IMG/VR virus record: IMGVR_UViG_3300005077_000035 | Location: 1-43,887 of that record | Length of the DNA: 43,887 nucleotides | Strand: one strand, 5' to 3' | From: a virus | Lineage: Duplodnaviria; Caudoviricetes | In this document: in pieces, positions 26,403 to 35,644 of the stretch | How positions within the stretch are numbered: the first letter of the stretch is position 1 | Layout: every line of letters begins with the position of its first letter | Notes under the pieces: generated by a model | What the model was told of the DNA's origin: nothing | Seen by the model: only the letters and a program-made list of their open reading frames with translations | Database searches by the model: none | Program-made: the position numbers and the translations under genes

Positions 26403-27076
26403 AGTCCACTATTGCCATTGGCAATCAACCACGTAAGCGCCTCAATCCATATTTCAAAGACCTATGCAAGGACACACCTTCGCGCCCATGCGCACCTGTC
26501 CTTGATCCATATTCTCAATCGCTACGCTATAAGATGCAGATTGTGTGCCAGATATTCAAAAGTCATAACTTCAATAAAAACAATAACTTAACTTGTATCA
26601 ATCTGGAACAATGTTTTCCACAAGTGGGAATAAAACTCCAGACGTGAATATCATCACAAGTGTAAATTGATAAAAAACAATGATTTATACCAGATATTGA
26701 AAATAGGAACAGTTTCCTAAAAATGGGAAAAGTGGTCAAAATTGCCGCAAACCGTCACAATTAGCGCCAGACGTCTATTTATCCACCTGTGCAATAATTC
26801 ACAAGGTAACAATACGGATGAACGCCCGACATACCACAACCAGACGTGAAAAATTGAACAAGGTATAGGATTGAACACCTTGTGAAACGGGGAACAAATC
26901 GCCCAAACACTGCACCTTGTTTCACAATCCACAGCCCGTGCACGAAGCAGAAAAAAGCCATACCACCTTTGGGGAAGTGGCTCGCCGTTCAGCCCTGTAC
27001 AGTTACCCCCACTCTCCAGCTGGCAGTTTCAAATGGTGGCGTTTGGCACCTTTTTGGTGCCTGGCTGTTTTGTTGT

Positions 27077-27091
27077 GTTGACCTTGTCAAC
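27077..27091. repeat. 15-bp palindrome GTTGAC-CTT-GTCAAC
   Basis: 6 bp from 25-bp palindrome copy 6. Confidence 0.7.
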
Positions 27092-27097
27092 GTGGTC

Positions 27098-27122
27098 AGA
27101 TTGTTCATAATATGAACAAACT
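27098..27122. repeat. Dispersed 25-bp palindrome, copy 6 (AGATTGTTCATAATATGAACAAACT)
   Basis: About 65 bp upstream of the -35 box of the rightward promoter. Confidence 0.85.
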
Positions 27123-27187
27123 AATTGCCCCCCGTTTGGTCTGTCACCTATTTAACAAAGGTGGATAAAAAACACAATAAGACACCA

Positions 27188-27216
27188 TTGACAACGGGTT
27201 TCCCATTCTGTATATT
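27188..27216 (+). promoter_or_regulatory. Sigma70-type promoter facing the late arm
   Basis: TTGACA-N17-TATATT on the plus strand. Confidence 0.8.
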
Positions 27217-27518
27217 GGCGGTAGTTATTGAGTTTATATCTTTTCCTGGTTTGGTTCTTTAACCACTTTCATTTTTAACAATAGGGTATTTATATATCAA
27301 GTGATCCGTGGAAACATCGTAGTGTTGGGATGACCTGTCAAACCTGTATGTTCTTCGTGAAGAAGGAAACTTCCATTGTTCAAGAACAAGGAAAGGTTAT
27401 AGGAAGATGTCGACGCCACTGTCCAACCATGAATGGATATCCAGTCGTATTTACCAACGATTGATGTGGAGATCATAAGTTGGATGAAGAAAAACTTTAA
27501 CAAGTAAAAAGGAACAAA

Positions 27519-28097
27519 ATGGGTCTCGTTGAGAGAGAAAGAGTTGATGAAGTCACAGGAGCTGTCTATACAGAACAAGTCAGCCCATATGGTGAGATTC
27601 AAAAGCTCTGGTCGAGGCAGAAACAAATATTGAGGCTTTACGCTTCAGGGCTTTATCAAAAGCGGGAAATCGCTGATTTTTTGGGTGTCTCAGAGTCAAC
27701 CATTCAAGCGGTTGTTAATTCGGCGCTTGGTCGTGAATATATAGACATGCTCAACGGGGCGATTGAATTTGACGCCGTTGACCTTATGAAGAGGATAAAG
27801 ACGTTAAGCGTCATAGCTCTTTCACAGCAGGAAGAGATGTTGTTAGACCCTGGGACACCCAAACAACTAAAAAATCAAATAGCTGAGAAGTTACTTGACC
27901 GAGCTGGTTATGGAGCTACTCAGAAGAATATAAACCTCAACGCCAACATAGAAATGACCGTTGAGGAAGTCAATGCAATTAAAAACAGGGCAGCTGAGCT
28001 CAAAGCCCTGTATGAGGGGAGAAGGGATAATGGTAAAAAGGATGATGATAACATTGCTGATGTTGCTTTTGGCACTACTGACCCTCTCGGTAGGTAA
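27519..28097 (+). CDS. terS: Putative terminase small subunit
   Basis: HTH KREIADFLGVSESTIQ and LLDRAGY motif; first gene of the late arm. Confidence 0.6.
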   Translation: MGLVERERVDEVTGAVYTEQVSPYGEIQKLWSRQKQILRLYASGLYQKREIADFLGVSESTIQAVVNSALGREYIDMLNGAIEFDAVDLMKRIKTLSVIALSQQEEMLLDPGTPKQLKNQIAEKLLDRAGYGATQKNINLNANIEMTVEEVNAIKNRAAELKALYEGRRDNGKKDDDNIADVAFGTTDPLGR

Positions 28098-28407
28098 GGC
28101 ATCGGCACAGTCTTTAGGTGTTCGCTATTTATGGGTTGATACCCTGCATGTTTCAACATCAGCTATAGATACCACATTTGATGTTGCTTGGGAAATGGCT
28201 ACCATTTACGCCGATACTGTCGACGTCAATTTGGTGCTCGGTGCTCCTGATGTAGGGAGCTGGACGTCGAGAAATCCTATGTTACTTCAAACTGGTATGT
28301 CCTTTGTAGTTGGTCCAAGTCCACAATTGACAAGGGTTGAAGCCTGGACTGACAATGGAGCTGGTGTCCTCTATATAGTTGGATATAAGAAAGAGAGGCA
28401 ATACTAA
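28030..28407 (+). CDS. Secreted small beta-rich protein (Sec signal peptide)
   Basis: Start ATG 28030; MVKRMMITLLMLLLALLTLSVGKASA|Q. Confidence 0.7.
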   Translation: MVKRMMITLLMLLLALLTLSVGKASAQSLGVRYLWVDTLHVSTSAIDTTFDVAWEMATIYADTVDVNLVLGAPDVGSWTSRNPMLLQTGMSFVVGPSPQLTRVEAWTDNGAGVLYIVGYKKERQY

Positions 28408-30386
28408 TGAAGCTATTTTTATCCCTCCTTTTCTTTTTTCTCCTTTCCTCCTCTCTGTTTAGTCAAGTTAGGCTAACAGGGAAAGGGACAGGGAATACCA
28501 TCTCCATCACCAACGACCTTCCGACTATGCGTAAGATTGCTAAGGATTCCCTGAATGAGAGGATTGGAGCTGATGGTGTTACAGTAAATGAATTAATTAC
28601 TGACACCCTCGCACTTGAGCGTACTGCTCGAAGCACGGCGATAAAAGATAGTCTTTCAACGCTCTTTGTTGCAGATACAGCAGCTTTAAAATTATTGAGC
28701 CTACAAGAAGGTCGTGGTGCTTTCTTATTAGCTTTGTCTGGAACTAACTCCAATGGCTATGGCTACTACACACAGGTTGACAGTGCTTATCCTGAGGGGT
28801 ATAAAGGCACTGTTTTTGCAAGTACTGTTTCTGGAAAACAATGGGTAGCTAATAATTTTCTTGAAACTAATAGCGTAAACATTCTCAACTTTGGTGCCTA
28901 TTCTGATTCAACCAATAGTTCAGTTACAAAAACAGCTATTCAAAATGCTGTAAAGTTCGCAAGAAAGATAAACTCTGATCTTTACCTTCCTGCTGGTAAA
29001 TTCCTTATCAGTGGCGAAATATCAATGCAAGCCGCTACTTATACTGGCAGAGGAATAACTGTAAAGGGGGCTGGTAAAACCAAAACTTTTATTTACCTTG
29101 ATGGTGATCCAACAGGTTTAGTCGCCCACTTTGGTGGTTCAGCCAATGACTTTACTAATAATGATTCTCTTTATAACGACTTTGAGTATTCTGATATGAC
29201 TCTTGTAGGCAACAAACCATTAAACACATCAGATGGGGTTACTGCCGGAGATGGCGGTATCTATCATCAGTATAATTCAGGCGCTTCACCAAGAAGGATG
29301 TTTGCTCACAATCTGCGTTTTATCAAATGCGGCTTGGGTTTACAGTTAAAGGGACTTGATACTCATGTTAGGGTGACAAACTGTGAGTTCTTAAATTCTG
29401 ATTGGGTTGGCTTAACGCCTGCTGGCAACACGGTTGAGGTGGATAATTGCTTCTTTGACTCTCTTGAGTCCGGCATTGAGTGTTATGCTGTTACTGGAAC
29501 ATCAGTATCACCTGACTCAAATGGGTTGATAGTTATAAGTAATAACGTACTTAAAAATATAAACTATTATGGCATGGCTATTTATGCCTGGACTTCTATG
29601 ATATTAGATGGGAATCAGCTATATGGCAACGATGGAGCTTATGCAGGCGATAGAGATGGATTACTTTTGAGGTGGTCTCCTACTTATATCAGAGGCTTTT
29701 TTAATGGCAGGTCTGCAATTATCTCAAATAATGTTATCAGAAATTTCCGAAACAGGGGAATTACTATGGATATTGGGACTTCTTGGGCATCTGCAACGGA
29801 AGCAGACTCTATTATTGATAATGTGCTCATTTCCAATAATATTATAAGTAATAATAGAATTAGTGCTGTTGGTATAGAACTTGATGCTGCAAAATATTTG
29901 AAGGTACTAAAGATTTCTTCTAATGAGTTTATTAATAATAACATAGAAAATGCGTTAAGCCAATGTTTGTCTTTGTATTTGAATAAAGTCAATAATGCTC
30001 ATATTGTAAATAATACTATCAGGAAAGATACAAGTGATGCTATAAATAGCGTGCATCCAATTTGTCTGCTTAACTGTGATAGTACGGAAGTTGTTCAGAA
30101 TGATTTTTACACACTTTATGGCGAACCTTATCTTTGGTGTGACTCTACTTCTGTTAAAACGTTGAATGCTTATAATAATAAAGGCTTGTCAATCAGGGGA
30201 GTCTATGACTTCAATAATACTACAAGATATTATCAACAGTCTCTTGTTTATAGGGGAGGGACACTGGTAGGTGGGTATCCCTCAACGATAGGATTTTTAC
30301 AGACAATTATTAACAACGACAGTCTTTGCAGCGTTAAGTATGATGCTTCCGGTGCTGCTGTTGATACAGTAAATATAAGGAATTGA
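28407..30386 (+). CDS. Signal-peptide-bearing right-handed beta-helix (tailspike / pectate-lyase-like) protein
   Basis: MKLFLSLLFFFLLSSSLFS|Q; VNILNFGA...TAIQNA...LYLPAGKF...GAG cap motif; ISNN repeats. Confidence 0.8.
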   Translation: MKLFLSLLFFFLLSSSLFSQVRLTGKGTGNTISITNDLPTMRKIAKDSLNERIGADGVTVNELITDTLALERTARSTAIKDSLSTLFVADTAALKLLSLQEGRGAFLLALSGTNSNGYGYYTQVDSAYPEGYKGTVFASTVSGKQWVANNFLETNSVNILNFGAYSDSTNSSVTKTAIQNAVKFARKINSDLYLPAGKFLISGEISMQAATYTGRGITVKGAGKTKTFIYLDGDPTGLVAHFGGSANDFTNNDSLYNDFEYSDMTLVGNKPLNTSDGVTAGDGGIYHQYNSGASPRRMFAHNLRFIKCGLGLQLKGLDTHVRVTNCEFLNSDWVGLTPAGNTVEVDNCFFDSLESGIECYAVTGTSVSPDSNGLIVISNNVLKNINYYGMAIYAWTSMILDGNQLYGNDGAYAGDRDGLLLRWSPTYIRGFFNGRSAIISNNVIRNFRNRGITMDIGTSWASATEADSIIDNVLISNNIISNNRISAVGIELDAAKYLKVLKISSNEFINNNIENALSQCLSLYLNKVNNAHIVNNTIRKDTSDAINSVHPICLLNCDSTEVVQNDFYTLYGEPYLWCDSTSVKTLNAYNNKGLSIRGVYDFNNTTRYYQQSLVYRGGTLVGGYPSTIGFLQTIINNDSLCSVKYDASGAAVDTVNIRN

Positions 30387-31594
30387 AAATGAGACTCTTG
30401 CTTATTTCTCTTTTACTCTTTCCTCTACTGTTGTTTGCTCAGTATGGAGCTAATATAGCTATTTCCAACAATAGTTTTGAAACTCATACAGGGACGGCAG
30501 ATGATGGTACATCAGATACCTGGACTGATTGGACTCTTGCTAATCAAGGTGTTACAGGTTCATTTATTGATGCTACTACAACTGCTTATAGTGGAAGTAA
30601 GGCAATAAAACTTAATTCTGGTAGCAGTGCTCAAACAAGAGCAATGGGGCCAGCTTTTGTAGTTATTGGAGGTAAGACATACAGAACAAAAGCATGGACA
30701 ACAGGTGATGGTGCAGGACATGATGGTTTAATAAGATGGTATGATATGACAAATTCAGCTTATGTTGGTGGATTCTCTCCAACTGGTGTAACAGGGACTT
30801 CATATGTTCAAGTTATAAGGAATATAACAACTCCAGCTACCTGTGTGTCTTTAAAAATATATGTGTTTGCTCCTTATCAGGGTTTGAATAGATGGAGTAG
30901 ATTCGATCTTCTTTCAATCTCACAAAAGCTTGATTCTATTTACATCGCAACAACTGGCAACGATGCTAATCAAGGAACAAGCGCTTCTAAGATCGCAACT
31001 TTAACTGAAGCTTTTGAGACAAGAGGGGCGCATGCTGGAGGTGTTTTTGTTACTACCGCCGGAACATACAATGAGGAGATAACAATAGATTCAAGCTTTA
31101 GCCGCTGGATTTCAAGTGGCGGTGAGGTAAATGTTACTTCGGTTGACTTTGCCAATAAAACCTGTTCTGTTGATTATTGTATCTATAAAAATATAGGAAC
31201 TATAAGTAATGCAGGAAATGTAACCATTCTCTATACCTGGTGCGATTCATTGGCTACGCCAGCTTTGACAAGTCCAACTGATTTAGCAACTGGCTTATCT
31301 CTTACGCCGACTCTTGATTGGAATGCAGTAACAAGGGCGGATAGTTACTTTGTAAAGTTGTCAGCAAATCCTTTATTAACATCCCCTCTATTTGATGCTA
31401 CTACTGAATTAACAGCCTATCCTGTTTCCGGCTTAAGCAACTCGACCATTTATTATTGGTCAGTGGCAGCTAAGAATGAAGTTGATACAAGCTTTTGGGC
31501 TGATACAATTTCATTTACTACTAAAGCCTTACAGAGTACAATGTATAAGCATCATGATGTTAGAAGGACTAGAAAAATGCGGAGGACTTTTTAA
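30383..31594 (+). CDS. Signal-peptide-bearing modular protein (CBM-like, DUF1565-like and FN3-like) with basic C-terminal tail
   Basis: MKMRLLLISLLLFPLLLFA|Q; NNSFE (CBM4/9-like); IYIATTGNDANQGT; PTLDW...YYWSVAA; ends RRTRKMRRTF. Confidence 0.7.
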   Translation: MKMRLLLISLLLFPLLLFAQYGANIAISNNSFETHTGTADDGTSDTWTDWTLANQGVTGSFIDATTTAYSGSKAIKLNSGSSAQTRAMGPAFVVIGGKTYRTKAWTTGDGAGHDGLIRWYDMTNSAYVGGFSPTGVTGTSYVQVIRNITTPATCVSLKIYVFAPYQGLNRWSRFDLLSISQKLDSIYIATTGNDANQGTSASKIATLTEAFETRGAHAGGVFVTTAGTYNEEITIDSSFSRWISSGGEVNVTSVDFANKTCSVDYCIYKNIGTISNAGNVTILYTWCDSLATPALTSPTDLATGLSLTPTLDWNAVTRADSYFVKLSANPLLTSPLFDATTELTAYPVSGLSNSTIYYWSVAAKNEVDTSFWADTISFTTKALQSTMYKHHDVRRTRKMRRTF

Positions 31595-31968
31595 TGAAAA
31601 AGCTGTTTTTACTCTTAACTTTTGCTTTCATAGCCTGTTCTAATACTCCAATTCCTGGTTGGCTTATTTGGGAGTATAAATATCAAAACGTCATTGGTGA
31701 GCCTATTGACTCTGCCGACGTTGATTTTGTTGTCTATTATTCTGATGACTCAACCGCCGTATTCAATCAACTTGGTGTTGTCCAGGATACAAGCTATTAC
31801 CTTTTACAGCATAAAAACCTCTACGTTGGTAAGACCTGGTTCTTCTATGTTAAAGCGAGGTTGATATCGGCTCAGGTTTATAGTGGGGAATCAGAAAAGG
31901 TATGGGAACTCTTCAATGTCATAGAGCCTGGAAAGGCTTATAACTTAAAAGTTTTAAAGGTAAAGTGA
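31594..31968 (+). CDS. Predicted lipoprotein with FN3-like fold
   Basis: MKKLFLLLTFAFIA|C lipobox; WFFYVKA...SGESE. Confidence 0.7.
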   Translation: MKKLFLLLTFAFIACSNTPIPGWLIWEYKYQNVIGEPIDSADVDFVVYYSDDSTAVFNQLGVVQDTSYYLLQHKNLYVGKTWFFYVKARLISAQVYSGESEKVWELFNVIEPGKAYNLKVLKVK

Positions 31969-31975
31969 GGTACAG

Positions 31976-32542
31976 ATGAAGTATTTATTTTTATTCCTTT
32001 TCCTACTCTTGTCTTTGTCGTTTGGACAGGTTCCCGTTTGGGAGTATGACGATGATGGAACTAAGTATAGTGCCTGGTCAACTACTAACTTCAACTACTT
32101 GTTAACATCAGAAGCGACGGCAACATACAGTAAGACCTTTTACCTCCGGAGTATGAATCAAAGTAAGGAGTTTAATGGTCTTGTTACTCTCTTTACTGAA
32201 CTTGATACATTGGCTTCTGATACAAGTACATACTCCGGACTGTGTGAACCTGACACTATTATATTTTTCCCTGAGTACTGGGGAGGGAGAAGTATTGGAT
32301 GGATCACTGGCGATACCATAACTTGGAGACAGGCAGTAGATGACACGTCTATGATAGCAGTTTCTGACCTGAAAAAGCTGATAATTCCAACCCATGTCGG
32401 TTATACCTTTTTCTGGAACTCGTCACCGACTGACTCCTTAATGCAGGGTTCAGCTTTTAACAACTTCAGAGTTGTAGCGAAGACACTCGACACCGATGAT
32501 TCTACTGCCATCTATATTAGCCAGGAAATTTCAGTTTATTAA
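31976..32542 (+). CDS. Secreted beta-rich protein (Sec signal peptide)
   Basis: MKYLFLFLFLLLSLSFG|Q; many D-T/S motifs. Confidence 0.7.
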   Translation: MKYLFLFLFLLLSLSFGQVPVWEYDDDGTKYSAWSTTNFNYLLTSEATATYSKTFYLRSMNQSKEFNGLVTLFTELDTLASDTSTYSGLCEPDTIIFFPEYWGGRSIGWITGDTITWRQAVDDTSMIAVSDLKKLIIPTHVGYTFFWNSSPTDSLMQGSAFNNFRVVAKTLDTDDSTAIYISQEISVY

Positions 32543-32551
32543 GGGGCAGAA

Positions 32552-34111
32552 ATGGTCAGTGATCAAGTAAAAAACCTAATATCCCTTTCTGATGAACTGG
32601 CTGAGTGCTATAATAACACACAGTTATTAGGGCAACTCGTCTTTCCGGAGCAGTTTTTTGCTCCAATGACTGGGTTACACGACCAACTTTTCGACTTTAT
32701 AGATAAATGTAAGGCAAAAAAGAAGGTTATAGCTGCAACTCGTGGTATAGGAAAGACAAGTACGGCTGAACTTTTGTGTAAAAAGCACATTTTGTATCAG
32801 GATAAGAGGTTTATTGGCTACCTTTCTAACAGTGCGACATCTGCTGAGCTAATAACAGAGAATATAAAGCTTGACTTGTCAACGAATGCCTTTGTTAAGA
32901 GGTTATTTGGAGATGTAAAAGAATCAAAAGTGTCAGGTATAGACGAAAAGTGGGCGAAAACAAGCTGGGTTGCTAATGGGTATACTATTGTACTCCCAAG
33001 AGGGGCAGGACAGCAGGTTAGAGGGTTAAAGTGGATTAATTACAGACCTGACTTCTGGGTTATTGATGACCTTGAAGATGATCAGGAGATTGAAAATGAG
33101 GTGCAGAGGGAGAAATTAAGGAAGTGGTTCTTTGGTTCATTGATGTATACTGTGAATCAGTTTGAAAAGTATGGTCAGTCTTATGAGATCATTTACATCG
33201 ACACCATTAAACATGAAGATGCACTGATAACCTATCTCTTAGAAGACCCAGACTGGGAACACCTTACAATTTCTATCTGTGATGATGACTATCAAACGAA
33301 AGCTCCGGAGTTTGTTTCACAGAAAACGCTTAATAAGGAAATAGATGGGCATAGAGCAAGACATACTATGGACGTATTCGCTCGTGAGCGTCAATGCCTT
33401 CCGACAAGTAAGGAAGCAGCCGCTTTCAAAGCCTCTTATTTCCAATACTACTCTGAAACAGACCAAGAGATTCAGGACGAAATGAAAGATTGGATTAACG
33501 TCCTCCTTTACGACCCGAGTAAGAAGAAAGACCCAAAGAATGCTCAGACAGCTTTCATCGTCTATGGTATTGACTTCTTGAGGAATAAGTTCCATGTGAG
33601 GTTGGCAAAGGGCGATTACCTCAATGTCAATGAGCAGTATTCAGAATTGATTAGGCTGCTCAAACAGTACAATGTACTCGTCTGGGGTGTAGAAGTAACA
33701 GGGCTTGAAGAGCATATAACGTACCCGTTGAAGAATGAATTAATAAGACAAGGACTACACAAGTGGGCATCTACCTCTTCCATGATAGAGCTAAAAGCAA
33801 GAACAGGAAAGGATGAGTTGTCAGGCTTTGAAGGTGGGAAGGATGGAAGGATTCGAAGCCTGTTGCCCTACTACGAGCGTGGACTTATATTCCACAATAA
33901 GGTTGGAACAGGGGCTTTGGAACAGCAACTTTTAAGCTTCCCAAGATCGAAGTTAAAAGACGTTTCTGATGCGGCAGCTTATTTGAACCAGATACTTGAA
34001 AAGGGTATGAGGTATATGTCGCCGTATATTAAGGGTTCGACGTTTGATGAAGACAGTATTTATGATGATCTGGACAAACTTGTACCGCTTACTCGACAGG
34101 TTTTTATGTAA
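32552..34111 (+). CDS. terL: Terminase large subunit
   Basis: Walker A ATRGIGKT, Walker B WVIDDLE, nuclease motifs LYDPS and SFP...KDVSDA. Confidence 0.9.
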   Translation: MVSDQVKNLISLSDELAECYNNTQLLGQLVFPEQFFAPMTGLHDQLFDFIDKCKAKKKVIAATRGIGKTSTAELLCKKHILYQDKRFIGYLSNSATSAELITENIKLDLSTNAFVKRLFGDVKESKVSGIDEKWAKTSWVANGYTIVLPRGAGQQVRGLKWINYRPDFWVIDDLEDDQEIENEVQREKLRKWFFGSLMYTVNQFEKYGQSYEIIYIDTIKHEDALITYLLEDPDWEHLTISICDDDYQTKAPEFVSQKTLNKEIDGHRARHTMDVFARERQCLPTSKEAAAFKASYFQYYSETDQEIQDEMKDWINVLLYDPSKKKDPKNAQTAFIVYGIDFLRNKFHVRLAKGDYLNVNEQYSELIRLLKQYNVLVWGVEVTGLEEHITYPLKNELIRQGLHKWASTSSMIELKARTGKDELSGFEGGKDGRIRSLLPYYERGLIFHNKVGTGALEQQLLSFPRSKLKDVSDAAAYLNQILEKGMRYMSPYIKGSTFDEDSIYDDLDKLVPLTRQVFM

Positions 34112-34135
34112 GTTTGTTCATTTTGTGAACAATCT
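34111..34135. repeat. Dispersed 25-bp palindrome, copy 7 (AGTTTGTTCATTTTGTGAACAATCT)
   Basis: Between the terL stop and the next RBS. Confidence 0.85.
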
Positions 34136-34145
34136 AAAGGATAAT

Positions 34146-35420
34146 ATGGCAGCACCGGCAACACCAACAGGTTTATTAGACGATCAGGTTTATAGCAACT
34201 TAATTGTCTTAACATGGGATGCTTCTGTTGGAGCGACAGGGTATTATTTATATCGCTCTATTAATGGTGGAGTTACCTACTCATTATTGAGAGATGTCAT
34301 AGGAGCTGAGACCTTCTACGATTTTGGAGTTGTTCCCAATGGAGTACTTTACCTTTATAAAGTCAGTGCCTACAATGATGATGGGGCGTCAGTACCAAGT
34401 AGCCCCCTATCGACAGGGACTCTTTATGAAAACCTTAAGTTTATATTCTATCAACCTGGTAAGTATTTTACATTTGACCAAAATTCATATAACTCAATTT
34501 CTTTATCCTACAACTCAGCTGTTGTTACTGATGGTTATATTATAGCAGGTCAAGTATGGTTAGATGGACTCATTCAAACTTTGACAGAGGTTGACAATTC
34601 AGACTCTCCATATATTATAGGAACTGCAGGAACTATTAAAGTTGATGCTACTGATGGGGATGTTACCTTGTACCTTCCCCTTGTAGGTACTAATCCTGGA
34701 AGAATAGTGACAGTTCTTAAGGTCGATGAAACTGACAATGTGGTAACTATTGAACCTGCTTCAGATGATACTATTGAAGGAAGGGCTACGGTTGTCCTTG
34801 AGACTCAATATGATAGAGTATCGTTGATTGCAGGTTCTGGAACTGCTGATGAGATTTGGTACTTTTTAGAAGAAGAAATTACTGTTTGGGATGACTTGAG
34901 AATAGTTCCTGGTTCGTTTGATTTTCCTGGTTCTCATGACCCAGTTCTTGGAGATTGGCAACCTGGAGGTTCTGGAGCAACTCTTAAGGTTTTCAAGTTT
35001 GCTCCTTCCGATGAGGGGTTTTTTACTTGTCAACTTCCACACAACTATAAACAAGGTTCAGATATTAAGTGCCATGTTCATTGGACACCTCACAGCAGGG
35101 GCAATGAGGAAAATGGCAGTACAGTTGCCTGGAAGCTTGACTATTCATGGTCGAATATAGGTTCTGCCTTTGGTGCATCTGCTACTGCTGATATGACTGA
35201 CACTTGTTCTGGTGCAGATCATTGGCATGAGGTGACTCCTGAGGTAACAATAGCAGGTTCAGGTAAAACAATATCTTCCATGCTCGTTTGTAGGGTATAT
35301 AGGGATACAGGAGACACATGGGCTGGGACTGGTGCTAATGCTCCAGGGATGTTAGAAATTGACTTTCACTACCAAATTGATTCTCGTGGAAGTCTTAACT
35401 CAACAACAAAGGGTTATTGA
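34146..35420 (+). CDS. Virion fibre/decoration protein with N-terminal FN3-like domain
   Basis: Likely start ATG 34146 (MAAPATPTGL) after AAAGGA; LTWDASVGATGYYLYRS...YKVSAYN; internal TLYLP...G.IVTV module similar to 38880..39230. Confidence 0.65.
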   Translation: MAAPATPTGLLDDQVYSNLIVLTWDASVGATGYYLYRSINGGVTYSLLRDVIGAETFYDFGVVPNGVLYLYKVSAYNDDGASVPSSPLSTGTLYENLKFIFYQPGKYFTFDQNSYNSISLSYNSAVVTDGYIIAGQVWLDGLIQTLTEVDNSDSPYIIGTAGTIKVDATDGDVTLYLPLVGTNPGRIVTVLKVDETDNVVTIEPASDDTIEGRATVVLETQYDRVSLIAGSGTADEIWYFLEEEITVWDDLRIVPGSFDFPGSHDPVLGDWQPGGSGATLKVFKFAPSDEGFFTCQLPHNYKQGSDIKCHVHWTPHSRGNEENGSTVAWKLDYSWSNIGSAFGASATADMTDTCSGADHWHEVTPEVTIAGSGKTISSMLVCRVYRDTGDTWAGTGANAPGMLEIDFHYQIDSRGSLNSTTKGY

Positions 35421-35644
35421 TGCCAAGTTATTTAAAAGAGGTCTGTGAACGTTGCGGGAGGATTGTGTCGAATGGAAGCTTGACATTAAGCAACGACTCC
35501 GGCTATGCAAGACATGATGACGATTCCTCTTATCGTAGAGTATCAGCCAAAGTTTGTGGCTGTGCTGGTTTCTCTGGTAATATAAGTCAACCGAAGGCAA
35601 AAGGGAATTTACATGAAAAAGACACCCTCCAACAAAGATACTAA
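35417..35644 (+). CDS. Small Cys-containing hypothetical protein
   Basis: CERC...CGC; lies between the fibre-like and portal genes. Confidence 0.4.
   Translation: MMPSYLKEVCERCGRIVSNGSLTLSNDSGYARHDDDSSYRRVSAKVCGCAGFSGNISQPKAKGNLHEKDTLQQRY

Noticed and set aside
26305-26424. N-terminal extension of the 25804 ORF to 26424, which would place parS inside a CDS
   Set aside because: A strong AAAGGAG SD precedes ATG 26304 and none precedes the upstream start.
25547-26647. 366-aa plus-strand ORF
   Set aside because: It is the antisense shadow of the 25804..26304 gene, which has an SD and terminator; it has TTG start, no SD and an S/F/C-rich non-protein-like composition.
27098-27122. 25-bp palindrome as a known LexA or Rex box
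   Set aside because: GTTCAT-N3-ATGAAC does not match CTGT-N8-ACAG, GAAC-N4-GTTC, GTTC-N7-GTTC or TTGTGAA-N4-TTCACAA; left unassigned.
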